From contig CAZLQU010000004.1 of assembly GCA_964561805.1 (NCBI GenBank), positions 1 to 37,003 of the forward strand: a DNA stretch of 37,003 nt. Direction: 5' to 3'. A program made the position numbers and the translations under genes. Of this stretch, positions 20,456-29,833 are shown piece by piece; the stretch's first letter is position 1, and each line of letters begins with the position of its first letter. The notes under the pieces are model-generated. The model searched no databases. It worked only from the letters and a program-made list of their open reading frames with translations, and was not told the DNA's origin. Origin of the DNA: an uncultured Muribaculaceae bacterium (GTDB taxonomy: Bacteria > Bacillota_I > Bacilli_A > RF39 > UBA660).

Positions 20456-21496
20456 CTATTTAAATTGCTTCAAGAAGCGCAAATCAGCACTATGGAAGTG
20501 TCTTATATCATCGACACCATAACGCATCATTACTAACCTTTCTAAGCCAATATTAATATAAAATCCGGTCCACTCTTCTGGGTCAAGTCCAGCTGATTTT
20601 AGTACGTTTGGATGAATTACACCACCAGGCATAATTTCTAACCATCCATTATGTTTACATACTTTACATCCTTTACCACCACATACCAAGCATTCCATAT
20701 CAATTTCGTAACCGGGTTCTACGAATGGGAAGAATCCTTCACGCATACGAACTTTTACTTCTCTTCCAAATACTTTTTCAAGAATGGTTTTAATCATAAC
20801 CATGCCAGATGAGAATGAAATATTTTTGTCGACTATTAAAGCTTCGTATTGATTAAAAGCTCTCTCATGGCCAGAATCGACATCTTCGTTACGATATACT
20901 CTACCTGGATAGACAAATCTAGCGGGTGCACCATGTTTTAGTAAGTATCTTACTGAAGCACCTGTTAAGTGTGGCCTTAAGCAAAGTCTTTCGTTGGCGC
21001 TTTTGTTTTCGGTACCTTCAATCCAATAGGTATCCATCATTTGTCTAGCAGGATGATCAGCCGCAAAATTTAGATTATCAAAAGCAAATTTTTCACTGCT
21101 AATATCATCTTCTGAGAAGACTTCAAAGCCAAGTGATAAAAAGGCATCATTTAAGTCATAGCACATTTGCGTTAATGGATGAAGGCTACCTTCAGATACT
21201 TTGGTTCCTGGTAAGGTTAAGTCTAATGGTTCGTCCAATACACTTTTTGAATTTATTAATTCTTCTTCTTTGGCATCTAATTTTTCGTTAAAAGCATTTC
21301 TAATCTCTGTTGTTTTTAAGCCAACTTCTTTACGCATTTCAGGGCTAAGGGCACCCATACCTTTTAGAATTTCTGATAGTGGACTTTTTTTGCCTGTTAA
21401 TTCTTTTCTAACCTCCGTTAGTTCTTCGATTGTTTTAGCATTTGCTATTTTACTTAAGCCTTGTTCATAAATTTCATCTAATTGTTCTTTATTCAT
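20456..21496 (-). CDS. pheS: Phenylalanine--tRNA ligase alpha subunit
   Basis: GSLHP, FDNLNF..HPAR, PGRVYR, FPFVEPG, C..C...C..C, GLERL, DLRFLKQF. Confidence 0.97.
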   Translation of the reverse strand: MNKEQLDEIYEQGLSKIANAKTIEELTEVRKELTGKKSPLSEILKGMGALSPEMRKEVGLKTTEIRNAFNEKLDAKEEELINSKSVLDEPLDLTLPGTKVSEGSLHPLTQMCYDLNDAFLSLGFEVFSEDDISSEKFAFDNLNFAADHPARQMMDTYWIEGTENKSANERLCLRPHLTGASVRYLLKHGAPARFVYPGRVYRNEDVDSGHERAFNQYEALIVDKNISFSSGMVMIKTILEKVFGREVKVRMREGFFPFVEPGYEIDMECLVCGGKGCKVCKHNGWLEIMPGGVIHPNVLKSAGLDPEEWTGFYINIGLERLVMMRYGVDDIRHFHSADLRFLKQFK

Positions 21497-21510
21497 ATTT
21501 CCTCCTTAAA

Positions 21511-21709
21511 ATAGAAAAAAGTTATAAATTAAAGGACGAATTTTCGCGGTACCACCTTTATTTATAACTTTCGTTATACACTCTATACTGTAACGTAGCT
21601 ACCCGTTTAAACTCATTGGGTGAATTCATACTTTATTAACTGTTAGTCTTTCACCATCACTAACTCGCTATAAATTAATTTATAAGTATTACTATTTCCA
21701 AATCATTGT
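21511..21709 (-). promoter_or_regulatory. T-box riboswitch leader (Phe) of pheST
   Basis: AGUA box, AGCGAG, GGUGAAA, specifier GAA-UUC-A (UUC = Phe, 21622-21624), T-box AAGGUGGUACCGCG (21545-21558) pairing with CGUCCUUU. Confidence 0.92.
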
Positions 21710-22459
21710 TTATTTATTATGTAGATATTTAATTAATTTTTTAACTTGTTCATTTTGAGGGTTAGTCATATCTTCCCCTTCATAATCATAACCAATATAT
21801 TCCCCTAAATCATATCTTTCTTTATATTTACGAATACCATCTTCCAATAATGTACCAAGACGATAATTAATTATTCTTTCATCTGGACAGATGATATCAG
21901 GCATCAGTTTTCTTTGATTTAATTTTAAAGCATAAATGGGATCTATACCAATTAATTTCTTCATATTATGATATGGTTGTGATAAGAATTCAACATAATC
22001 GACACCAAAAACGGCATCTAATAAACCATTTGGTTCATAAGTAAAGCGATATTTAGGATCATCATTTAATTTGGTATCCAAAGTATCAAGGGTTCTACTT
22101 ATTGTTGCACGATTAAATTGAACGCTTGGCGCAAACATACTTAAACAATCTAACTTTCTAAGTCCTTCGCTATTTTTTTGATTCAAAATACTATGGCATA
22201 AATCAGCATCATATTTCGCCATCTCTGAATGATATATTTCTTTTGGATATATATAGCATACTCCATGAACTACTTCTGGAATATCCACTACTGGAATATC
22301 ACTATATCTTAGAAAATTATGATCAATAATTAATTTTTCAATTACTTTAGCAACTAAATAACCATAGATATCTACTTTATTGATATCATTTGCCATTTTT
22401 ATTTGTTGCATTTTTAATATATCTTCTTCGGTTGGTATATATATTGGTTTTTTATGCAT
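21710..22459 (-). CDS. Hypothetical soluble protein, 249 aa
   Basis: Long ORF with GGGGG SD, 20 nt after frr; no motif recognised. Confidence 0.75.
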   Translation of the reverse strand: MHKKPIYIPTEEDILKMQQIKMANDINKVDIYGYLVAKVIEKLIIDHNFLRYSDIPVVDIPEVVHGVCYIYPKEIYHSEMAKYDADLCHSILNQKNSEGLRKLDCLSMFAPSVQFNRATISRTLDTLDTKLNDDPKYRFTYEPNGLLDAVFGVDYVEFLSQPYHNMKKLIGIDPIYALKLNQRKLMPDIICPDERIINYRLGTLLEDGIRKYKERYDLGEYIGYDYEGEDMTNPQNEQVKKLIKYLHNK

Positions 22460-22479
22460 AAAAATCCCCCATTTAAATT

Positions 22480-23022
22480 TTATATTGTCATTAAATCATT
22501 TTCTTTTTCTTTTAATTTTTCATCAACCATTTTATTATATTTGTTAATTAATTCTTGTACTTCTTCTTCGCCATTTTTTTCTTCATCTTCAGGTAATTTT
22601 AAATTTTTTATTGCTGTATTGGCATCTTGACGAATATTTCTTAGAGCAATTTTAGCTTCTTCAGCTAAAGACTTAACTTGTTTTACAAGTTCTTTACGTC
22701 TTTCTTCGGTTAATGGTGGAATGACAATGAAAATACATTCTCCATTATTATTTGGTGTAACACCTAGATTTGCTTCAAAAATAGCTTTTTCAATACCACC
22801 TAAAATAGACTTATCAAATGGTTTAACCATTAATTGTCTAGCTTCTGGTACTGAAATATTAGCTAATTGTTTTAATGGCGTTGGCACACCATAATATTCA
22901 ACCATAATACCATCTAACATACTTGGATTAGCTCTACCTGCTCTAACATTTGTAAATTTGTTTTCTAATGAGTTGATAGTAGCTTCCATTTTTTCTTCTG
23001 CATTTAATAAAATATCATCCAT
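22480..23022 (-). CDS. frr: Ribosome recycling factor
   Basis: RAGRANPSMLD, YYGVPTPL, PPLTEERRKELVK, RNIRQD. Confidence 0.98.
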   Translation of the reverse strand: MDDILLNAEEKMEATINSLENKFTNVRAGRANPSMLDGIMVEYYGVPTPLKQLANISVPEARQLMVKPFDKSILGGIEKAIFEANLGVTPNNNGECIFIVIPPLTEERRKELVKQVKSLAEEAKIALRNIRQDANTAIKNLKLPEDEEKNGEEEVQELINKYNKMVDEKLKEKENDLMTI

Positions 23023-23077
23023 AAATATCCCTTTCTTTCAGTAATATATTAACACATTTTTTAGAATTTTGCTACGA

Positions 23078-24886
23078 TTATTTTTTAGTTTGACTAATTG
23101 CCCACTCAATAACATCTGATTTATTATCTTTATTGTTGTCAATATTAAAGACATAACTAGTTACTTGACTATGGCAAATCTTTCCTAAATCAGTAAATTT
23201 ATCTGATATTCCTAAGCAACTAAAGAGTGGTTTCATATGTCCTGATGGGCTCCAATTAGTATAGCCAGAACATTTTCTACCATTAGCATCATATTGGCCT
23301 CCAGTTTCACCAAAGCCGATAGTTGGTAATGTTTCAAAGTAACTACGATTATTTTTAATAACATCATAATTGCATGTCATACCAGAACTTACAACAACAA
23401 GACCTGAAAATAAATCTTTATTCTTAGCAAGCAAATAATAAACATAGGTACCACTTGAACTGAATCCTGATACAGAAATGCGCGACTTATCAATTTTATA
23501 TTTAGCTACGACATTATCAATATTATTTCTTATTTGAGTATAATTAGTCATATTATGTGCAATCATGATAAAGGCTGGTATTTTTTCTAGGTGCCAATTA
23601 TTGAATACTTTTTTAATATCATAGTGTCCTTTTGATGATGGAGATACCATTACAAATAATGGCATATCAACAGTGGCATTTTCTGGTATATATAATGAAT
23701 AGCCAGCAGCATTATAATCATTAAATGATGAAGAAATATTTAAACTCTGTTTAGTTGTGGCAACAGTTGTTTTAGTCGTTGTAGTTATTCCAGTTGTTCT
23801 TGTTGTAGTAGTCGTTGTATTATTATAATTCTTACTTGTTAAATTACATGATATATCTTTACTGTTTCCAGCTTTATCATAAATGGTAATGTTAACGCTA
23901 CTTAATTCTTTATTTATTTTAATACTATTTTCAATATAACTTGTACCATTAATAATATATCTACTGATGCCAACATTATCATTAGCATTGATATTAATAT
24001 ATGATACGCCATTTTGATAATATCCAGAACAACTACCTTGTGGGTTTTCTTTATCAATATTTGTAATTTCTATACTTTTTTCCGTAGTTTCACCTTTTTT
24101 ATTATACATTGTAAATTTATAGGTACCATTCTTGTCTACTTCATAATTTGCCACTCTATCAGTTACTTTTTTATTATTTGGTAAAACTAGGTAATCAAAC
24201 AATTCGTCTTTTATATAAATATTAATTATTACATTTTTATTGGTACTATCGGTAGTACTAGGAATTATACTTAAATCATGGCTAGTGACAATAACTTTTC
24301 TTTCGCTTGTCGTAGTAACACCGCTCGAGTTAATGACTGAATATATTACTTTATATATTCCTTCTTTTGATGTATCAACGTTGCTGTTTATTTTTACATT
24401 TTTATTTAATTTAGCTCCATCAACTGAGTCAATTACTTCATATCCTTTTTCAATATATTCTTCACCAACATACAAAAAGATGGTAACATCACCATTTAAG
24501 TGAATATATGTAGCTCCGACTGGCTTTTCTACGACACTGACAATTCTTTCTTTAGTAATATTACCTAACGTATATTCTATTTTGTATGTCCCTAAGTTAT
24601 TACTATCAACTTCATTTACAACAATGATATTACTAGTAACATCTTTACCTGATTCATCAGTTCCTTTATAGCCGGGTTCAATGTATTTTTCGCCTAAATA
24701 TACGGTTACTTTATTATCACCTTTCAATTCAATATAATATAATTTATCCTCTAAAGAGATATTTTTATTACCAGTTCTAGTTATAAAAAAGATAATCATA
24801 ATTAAAAAAATGATGACTGCAGCAATGATTAATGGATATTTAAAATTAAATCTATTATCATCAATACTATTATTATTAAATAACAT
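23078..24886 (-). CDS. Membrane-anchored surface protein: Ig-like (DUF5011-type) repeats, Thr linker, C-terminal alpha/beta-hydrolase-like domain
   Basis: N-terminal TM; two L.G....YLGE.Y.E.GY repeats; NGTY/DKAGN Ig-like segments; Thr-rich linker; IDKSRISVSGFSSSG nucleophile-elbow-like motif. Confidence 0.7.
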   Translation of the reverse strand: MLFNNNSIDDNRFNFKYPLIIAAVIIFLIMIIFFITRTGNKNISLEDKLYYIELKGDNKVTVYLGEKYIEPGYKGTDESGKDVTSNIIVVNEVDSNNLGTYKIEYTLGNITKERIVSVVEKPVGATYIHLNGDVTIFLYVGEEYIEKGYEVIDSVDGAKLNKNVKINSNVDTSKEGIYKVIYSVINSSGVTTTSERKVIVTSHDLSIIPSTTDSTNKNVIINIYIKDELFDYLVLPNNKKVTDRVANYEVDKNGTYKFTMYNKKGETTEKSIEITNIDKENPQGSCSGYYQNGVSYININANDNVGISRYIINGTSYIENSIKINKELSSVNITIYDKAGNSKDISCNLTSKNYNNTTTTTTRTTGITTTTKTTVATTKQSLNISSSFNDYNAAGYSLYIPENATVDMPLFVMVSPSSKGHYDIKKVFNNWHLEKIPAFIMIAHNMTNYTQIRNNIDNVVAKYKIDKSRISVSGFSSSGTYVYYLLAKNKDLFSGLVVVSSGMTCNYDVIKNNRSYFETLPTIGFGETGGQYDANGRKCSGYTNWSPSGHMKPLFSCLGISDKFTDLGKICHSQVTSYVFNIDNNKDNKSDVIEWAISQTKK

Positions 24887-24957
24887 ATCATCACCTCTTT
24901 TTATTATCTATATTAATTTTATCATATTATATCAATTTTGTATAATAAAAAGTGATA

Positions 24958-26223
24958 TTAAATGATATCACCTTTAACGCTATTATTTACTTCAGTTATT
25001 TTTACTTTAACTATTTCATTATTATTTTTATTTGTTATAACTTCAACTGGTATATAATTTGAAGTTATAACTATTTTTTTATTATCTTTTCTAGTTTCAA
25101 TAATACCATCATAAGTATTACCTATTTTTTGTTTATAAAAATCGTGTTCAAATTTATCTGATAAAGTTATAACTTCTTTTACTCGACATTTCTTGGTATT
25201 GCCATCTATATGGTTAGGCATTGAAGCAGCTTTGGTACCACTTCTTTTTGAATATGGAAAAGTATGAATTTTAGTAAATTTTATTCTTTTTAAAGTATCC
25301 ATAGTTTCTTGAAATAATTCATCTGTTTCACCTGGAAATCCCAAGATTAAATCAGTCGTAATACTTATATCAGGGATTTCTTTTCTAATATGTTCCACTT
25401 TCTTTATAAACATTTCTTTGTCATATAAGCGATTCATACTTTTTAAGATAGTATCACTACCTGATTGAAGTGGAATATGTAGGTGTTTAGCCATAACATC
25501 ATTATTTTTTATCAAATCAATAATACCATCTGTTATTTCATTAATTTCAATACTTGATAGACGAATTCTAAAAATATTAGGAATACTTACTAGTGCTTTT
25601 AAGAGCGTTTCTAGATTAGTATGTTTATCAATTCCATATCTACCAGTATGAATGCCAGTTAAGACAATTTCTTTATAACCATTATTTACTAAATTAGTTA
25701 CTTCATCAATTACTTTTTCAAAATCTTTACTTCTTATACCACCTCTAGCGTAAGGAATAGTACAATATGCGCAAAAAGCATTGCAACCATCTTGAATTTT
25801 AACAAAAGCTCTTGTGTGAGTTAAGAATTTATTAATATACATATCTTCAAAATTAATTTTAGTAATATTATCAACTTTTATAATCTTTTTATGATCCTCT
25901 TTAAACTCCTTAATTAAATCTATTATTTCTGATTTATATTTATTACCAATTACAATATCAGCATCAATTGTGTCTGGATTTAATTGGGAATAGCATCCCA
26001 TAACAATTAAAATTTTACTTGGATGGTTATTTCTTGTTGTATGAATTAATTTACGATCTTTTTTATCAGCTTCATTGGTAACGGTGCAAGTATTAATAAT
26101 ATAGATGTCAGCTTCATTGTTAAAATCAACCATTTTATATCCATAGTCTAATAAAAGATTAGTAACATATTCAGATTCATAAATATTAACTTTGCATCCA
26201 AAAGTATGTATGGCAAAAGTCAT
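24958..26223 (-). CDS. mtaB: tRNA t6A37 methylthiotransferase MtaB
   Basis: TFGCKVNIYESE, NTCTVT, MGCY, VKIQDGCNAFCAYCTIPYARG, LTGIHTG, RIRLSSIE. Confidence 0.92.
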   Translation of the reverse strand: MTFAIHTFGCKVNIYESEYVTNLLLDYGYKMVDFNNEADIYIINTCTVTNEADKKDRKLIHTTRNNHPSKILIVMGCYSQLNPDTIDADIVIGNKYKSEIIDLIKEFKEDHKKIIKVDNITKINFEDMYINKFLTHTRAFVKIQDGCNAFCAYCTIPYARGGIRSKDFEKVIDEVTNLVNNGYKEIVLTGIHTGRYGIDKHTNLETLLKALVSIPNIFRIRLSSIEINEITDGIIDLIKNNDVMAKHLHIPLQSGSDTILKSMNRLYDKEMFIKKVEHIRKEIPDISITTDLILGFPGETDELFQETMDTLKRIKFTKIHTFPYSKRSGTKAASMPNHIDGNTKKCRVKEVITLSDKFEHDFYKQKIGNTYDGIIETRKDNKKIVITSNYIPVEVITNKNNNEIVKVKITEVNNSVKGDII

Positions 26224-26315
26224 AATATCACTTCCAATCAGTGGTATTATATCATGACAATTAAAAAAATGAAAGATATTTAAAAAACAAGTAATCTATG
26301 TTAAAATACTTCTAG

Positions 26316-27251
26316 GTGAGAAGTATGTTTAAATATACGTTAGATAATAAAAGATATCATACCTTAAATTATTTTTATAAAAAGAAATTTGGAATAAAAG
26401 TATTCAAGTTAAGTTTAAATGGTGGTTTTACTTGTCCTAACTTGGATGGTACCAAAGGGTATGGAGGATGTATATATTGCTCTAAAACAGGAAGTGGCGA
26501 ATTTGGTGGAGATAAATCAAAATCCTTGACAGAGCAAGTAGCCATGATGAAAGATGTAGTCAACAAAAAACATATTCCCTGTAAATATATTGGTTACTTT
26601 CAAGCAAGGACTAATACTTATGCCCCAGTAGATATCCTTAAAAAGAAATATGAAGAAGTATTGGCTTGTCCTGATATAATTGGTCTAAATATTGCTACTA
26701 GATGTGATGCGATAAGTAATGAGTGTTTAGATTATCTAGAAGAACTTAGTAAGCATACTTTTTTGACTGTTGAACTTGGTCTTCAAACGATTCATGAAAA
26801 AACTTCAAAACTAATTAATAGATGTCATACTTTAGAAGAATTTGATAAGATGGTTAAGAAGTTGAGAAAAAAACATATCAATGTCGTAGTACATATTATT
26901 AATGGACTCCCATATGAAAATGAAAAAATGATGATCGATACTGTTAAACATTTAAATGACTTAGATATCCAAGGAATAAAGATCCATATGTTAAATATTA
27001 TTAAAGATACAGAAATGGCTAAGCTATATGAGAAAGAAAAATTTCATATTCTTAGTAAATTAGAATACATCGATATTGTAATTAAACAGTTGGAAGTGTT
27101 AGATCCAAAAATCATCATCAACAGAATTACTTCAGATCCAGATAAAGATTTGCTCATAGAACCTAAGTGGTTATGTGATAAATGTCAGCTATTAAATGAT
27201 ATTGATAAAGAAATGAAAAAAAGAAATACATATCAAGGTATTAAATACTGA
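26316..27251 (+). CDS. TIGR01212-type (YhcC/YtqA-like) radical SAM protein
   Basis: GFTCPNLDG..GGCIYC, YFQARTNTY, ELGLQT, HIINGLP, GIKIH, YQG end. Confidence 0.9.
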   Translation: MRSMFKYTLDNKRYHTLNYFYKKKFGIKVFKLSLNGGFTCPNLDGTKGYGGCIYCSKTGSGEFGGDKSKSLTEQVAMMKDVVNKKHIPCKYIGYFQARTNTYAPVDILKKKYEEVLACPDIIGLNIATRCDAISNECLDYLEELSKHTFLTVELGLQTIHEKTSKLINRCHTLEEFDKMVKKLRKKHINVVVHIINGLPYENEKMMIDTVKHLNDLDIQGIKIHMLNIIKDTEMAKLYEKEKFHILSKLEYIDIVIKQLEVLDPKIIINRITSDPDKDLLIEPKWLCDKCQLLNDIDKEMKKRNTYQGIKY

Positions 27252-27266
27252 TATGTATTTTTATTT
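27224..27266. terminator. Bidirectional terminator between the radical SAM gene and the convergent sORF
   Basis: AAATACATATCA...TGATATGTATTT, 12-bp inverted repeat. Confidence 0.65.
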
Positions 27267-27401
27267 AGGAAGATTAACCATTACATATTTACTCTCTTCA
27301 CGTAAATTATCATTCTTAACATCGCCAATAATTAGTAGCGTTGAGATTAAGATAACAACATAGAATAAAATAGCTCCCTTGTTCTTTTCTAAAAAATTCA
27401 T
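27261..27401 (-). CDS. 46-aa single-pass membrane protein divergent from lexA; candidate SOS cell-division inhibitor (MNFLEKNKGAILFYVVILISTLLIIGDVKNDNLREESKYVMVNLPK)
   Basis: Not in the ORF track. SD GAAAGGGA, near-consensus promoter, one TM segment, downstream terminator, lexA-divergent position. Confidence 0.8.
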   Translation of the reverse strand: MNFLEKNKGAILFYVVILISTLLIIGDVKNDNLREESKYVMVNLPK

Positions 27402-27424
27402 TTTATCATCCCTTTCTTGATCTC

Positions 27425-27453
27425 ATTTTATTACATATATTTGTTCGTGTCAA
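27425..27453 (-). promoter_or_regulatory. Sigma-A promoter of the sORF with a LexA-box-like site in the spacer
   Basis: TTGACA-CGAACAAATATATGTAA(17)-TAAAAT; CGAAC-AAAT-ATATG matches one half of the Firmicute consensus CGAAC-N4-GTTCG. Confidence 0.75.
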
Positions 27454-27472
27454 TATATTTTTGATATTTTTG

Positions 27473-27534
27473 CAAACAAATGTATTAATTTTACATTTTG
27501 GTGTAAATTGTCTATTATGCAATAACTTTGTTCG
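27473..27534. promoter_or_regulatory. Two further degenerate LexA-box-like sites
   Basis: CAAAC-AAAT-GTATT (27473-27486, +) and CGAAC-AAAG-TTATT (27521-27534, -). Confidence 0.45.
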
Positions 27535-27552
27535 TATTTTTTATAAAAATTA

Positions 27553-27592
27553 TAAACAAATGTTTGACATTCTACTCATTTTATGCTAAGAT
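27553..27592 (+). promoter_or_regulatory. lexA promoter with a LexA box overlapping the -35
   Basis: AAAC-AAAT-GTTT (27554-27565) overlaps TTGACA (27564-27569), then N17 and TAAGAT with extended TG. Confidence 0.75.
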
Positions 27593-27611
27593 ACTAGTGA
27601 AAGGAGTTATT

Positions 27612-28241
27612 ATGAGACGAAAAACGGAAGGTTTAACAAAAAAACAAAAAGAAGTTTTAGATTTTATTAAGCAATTCCATGCACAAAATAAATACCCACC
27701 TTCAATTAGACAAATATGTAGTGCAATTAATTTATCTAGTCCAGCTACGGTACATGTACATATTAATCATTTAGTTGATAAAGGGTATATTAAAAGAAGT
27801 AAAGAAGGAAATAGAGCAATGGAACTTTTAGTTCCAAATGAATATGAAGATCATGGTGAAGAGGTTGTCAATGTTCCATTACTTGGAAAAGTGACTGCTG
27901 GTTCACCAATAGAGGCAATTGAGATGCCAAATGAAGTGTTTGCACTTCCTTCATACTTAATACCAAAGAAAAAAGAAGTATTTACTTTAAAAGTAGATGG
28001 CGAGAGTATGATTAATAAAGGTATTTTTTCAGATGATGTTGTCATTGTTGAAAGAACCGAAGATGCTAAAAATGGTGAAATGGTCGTAGCTATGAACGAT
28101 AATAACGAAGTTACTTTAAAAACATTTTATAAGGAGGATGGCCATATTAGATTACAACCTGAAAATGATTACATGGAGCCAATTATTTTGGATGATGTAA
28201 CCATTTTAGGAAAGGCTATCGGTTTATATCGTAAATTTTAA
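27612..28241 (+). CDS. lexA: SOS repressor LexA, 209 aa (start at ATG 27612, not 27528)
   Basis: SD AAGGAG at 27601; LTKKQ, YPPSIRQI, SSPATVH, GKVTAG (Ala-Gly cleavage site), GESM (catalytic Ser), TLK (catalytic Lys), LQPEN. Confidence 0.97.
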   Translation: MRRKTEGLTKKQKEVLDFIKQFHAQNKYPPSIRQICSAINLSSPATVHVHINHLVDKGYIKRSKEGNRAMELLVPNEYEDHGEEVVNVPLLGKVTAGSPIEAIEMPNEVFALPSYLIPKKKEVFTLKVDGESMINKGIFSDDVVIVERTEDAKNGEMVVAMNDNNEVTLKTFYKEDGHIRLQPENDYMEPIILDDVTILGKAIGLYRKF

Positions 28242-28243
28242 TA

Positions 28244-28273
28244 AAAAAAGATTCATTTTTATGAATCTTTTTT
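28244..28273. terminator. Bidirectional terminator between lexA and ruvB
   Basis: AAAAAAGATTCAT-TTTT-ATGAATCTTTTTT, perfect inverted repeat. Confidence 0.75.
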
Positions 28274-29257
28274 AATACCCAAATGTTCATAGGCTTTATC
28301 GGTTACTACTCTACCACGAGTAGTTCTTTTTAAATATCCATTTTGAAGAAGATATGGTTCATAAACGTCTTCGATTGTCGATACTTCTTCTCCAATAGAT
28401 GACGCAATAGCATCAATACCAACAGGACCACCATTAAATTTTTCAATGATTGATAGAAGTAAGTTATAGTCTGTTTCATCGAGTCCTAATTTATCAACTT
28501 TTAATCTATTTAAGGCATCATCTAATATTTCATTAGTAATAATACCTTCACCATTAACTAGTGCAAAGTCTCTTACTCTTTTAAATAATCTATTAGCTAT
28601 TCTTGGAGTACCTCTACTCCTTTTTGCTAATTCTCTAGCAGCTTCATCAGTAATTTCAGTATCTAATACTTTAGATGTTCTTTTAACTATTTGATATAAT
28701 TCATCTTCGTTATAATAGTTTAGTTTAGCAACAATGCCAAAGCGATCTCTAAGAGGGCTTGATAAATCCCCAGCTCTTGTGGTTGCACCAATTAAAGTAA
28801 ATGGTGGAAGATCTATTTTGATACTTCTACTATTACCTTCACTACCGCCAATGACAATATCTAAATAAAAGTCTTCCATAGCAGGATAAAGTATTTCTTC
28901 AATATACCTTGGAATACGATGTATTTCATCAATAAATAAGACATCATTTGGTTCTAATGTTGAAAGTACTGCGGCTAAATCCCCACTCTTTTCAATTGAA
29001 GGGCCAGAGGCCGTTTTAATATTTGTTCCTAGCTCATTGGCAATGATATATGCCAAGGTTGTTTTACCTAAACCAGGAGGGCCATATAAAAGGACATGGT
29101 CTAAACTTTCGCCTCTCATCAAAGCCGATTTAATAAAAACTCTAATATTTTCTTTGACTTCGGTTTGACCAACATATTCATCTAAAGTATCCGGACGAAT
29201 ACTATCAACTTTATCTTCTTCTAAAAGTTCACTTGTTAAAAGTTCATTTTTACTCAT
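28259..29257 (-). CDS. ruvB: Holliday junction branch migration ATPase RuvB
   Basis: [41 protein letters not shown]. Confidence 0.98.
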   Translation of the reverse strand: MSKNELLTSELLEEDKVDSIRPDTLDEYVGQTEVKENIRVFIKSALMRGESLDHVLLYGPPGLGKTTLAYIIANELGTNIKTASGPSIEKSGDLAAVLSTLEPNDVLFIDEIHRIPRYIEEILYPAMEDFYLDIVIGGSEGNSRSIKIDLPPFTLIGATTRAGDLSSPLRDRFGIVAKLNYYNEDELYQIVKRTSKVLDTEITDEAARELAKRSRGTPRIANRLFKRVRDFALVNGEGIITNEILDDALNRLKVDKLGLDETDYNLLLSIIEKFNGGPVGIDAIASSIGEEVSTIEDVYEPYLLQNGYLKRTTRGRVVTDKAYEHLGIKKDS

Positions 29258-29261
29258 CTTG

Positions 29262-29819
29262 TCACCTACCTTTTATGTATTCATATATATCATTCCATGA
29301 TTTAATGTGTTTTAATTCAGAATAATCTTTATTATAATAAGTTTCAAATAGTAAGGTATCAATGCCTAATTTATTAACCGAACGGCAGTGTTTAACACTA
29401 TCATCAATGAATAAATCAATTTTTTCTTTTTGGCATGCCTCTGCTTTATCTTTACAGCCAGTTACTATTTTTTCATATTTTATTTGGTATTTATCTAAGA
29501 ATTCTTTACTTACTTCATATGCATTTGTATGATCAGCACCTCTAGATGTAATAAAGATAACCGTATGTCCAAGATCATACAATTTATCAATTACTTCTTT
29601 AACATCTTTTTTTAGATGAACATTAGGAATAACCTTATCATATACTGGGAGCATTACTTTGTAATATTCATCTAATGATATTTTATCTTTGATAGAGTTA
29701 TAATATGGGCGTGATTGATGTAAGATATTTTCATCGATATCAAACATTTTAGCATAATGTGGAATTAAACATTCCCAACTATCCGTGATTGTATCATCAA
29801 TATCGACACCAATACGCAT
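29262..29819 (-). CDS. HAD-family 5'(3')-deoxyribonucleotidase-like phosphatase
   Basis: GVDIDDT (motif I), ITSR (II), K (III), FIDDS (IV), SW..I C-terminus. Confidence 0.8.
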   Translation of the reverse strand: MRIGVDIDDTITDSWECLIPHYAKMFDIDENILHQSRPYYNSIKDKISLDEYYKVMLPVYDKVIPNVHLKKDVKEVIDKLYDLGHTVIFITSRGADHTNAYEVSKEFLDKYQIKYEKIVTGCKDKAEACQKEKIDLFIDDSVKHCRSVNKLGIDTLLFETYYNKDYSELKHIKSWNDIYEYIKGR

Positions 29820-29833
29820 ATTATCACTCCTTC

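Noticed and set aside
23750-23820. GTT/GTA-rich repetitive DNA
   Set aside because: Encodes the Thr-rich linker; not a CRISPR or satellite repeat
27528-27611. 28-aa N-terminal extension of LexA in the ORF track
   Set aside because: The segment contains the lexA promoter and SD; ATG 27612 is the better start
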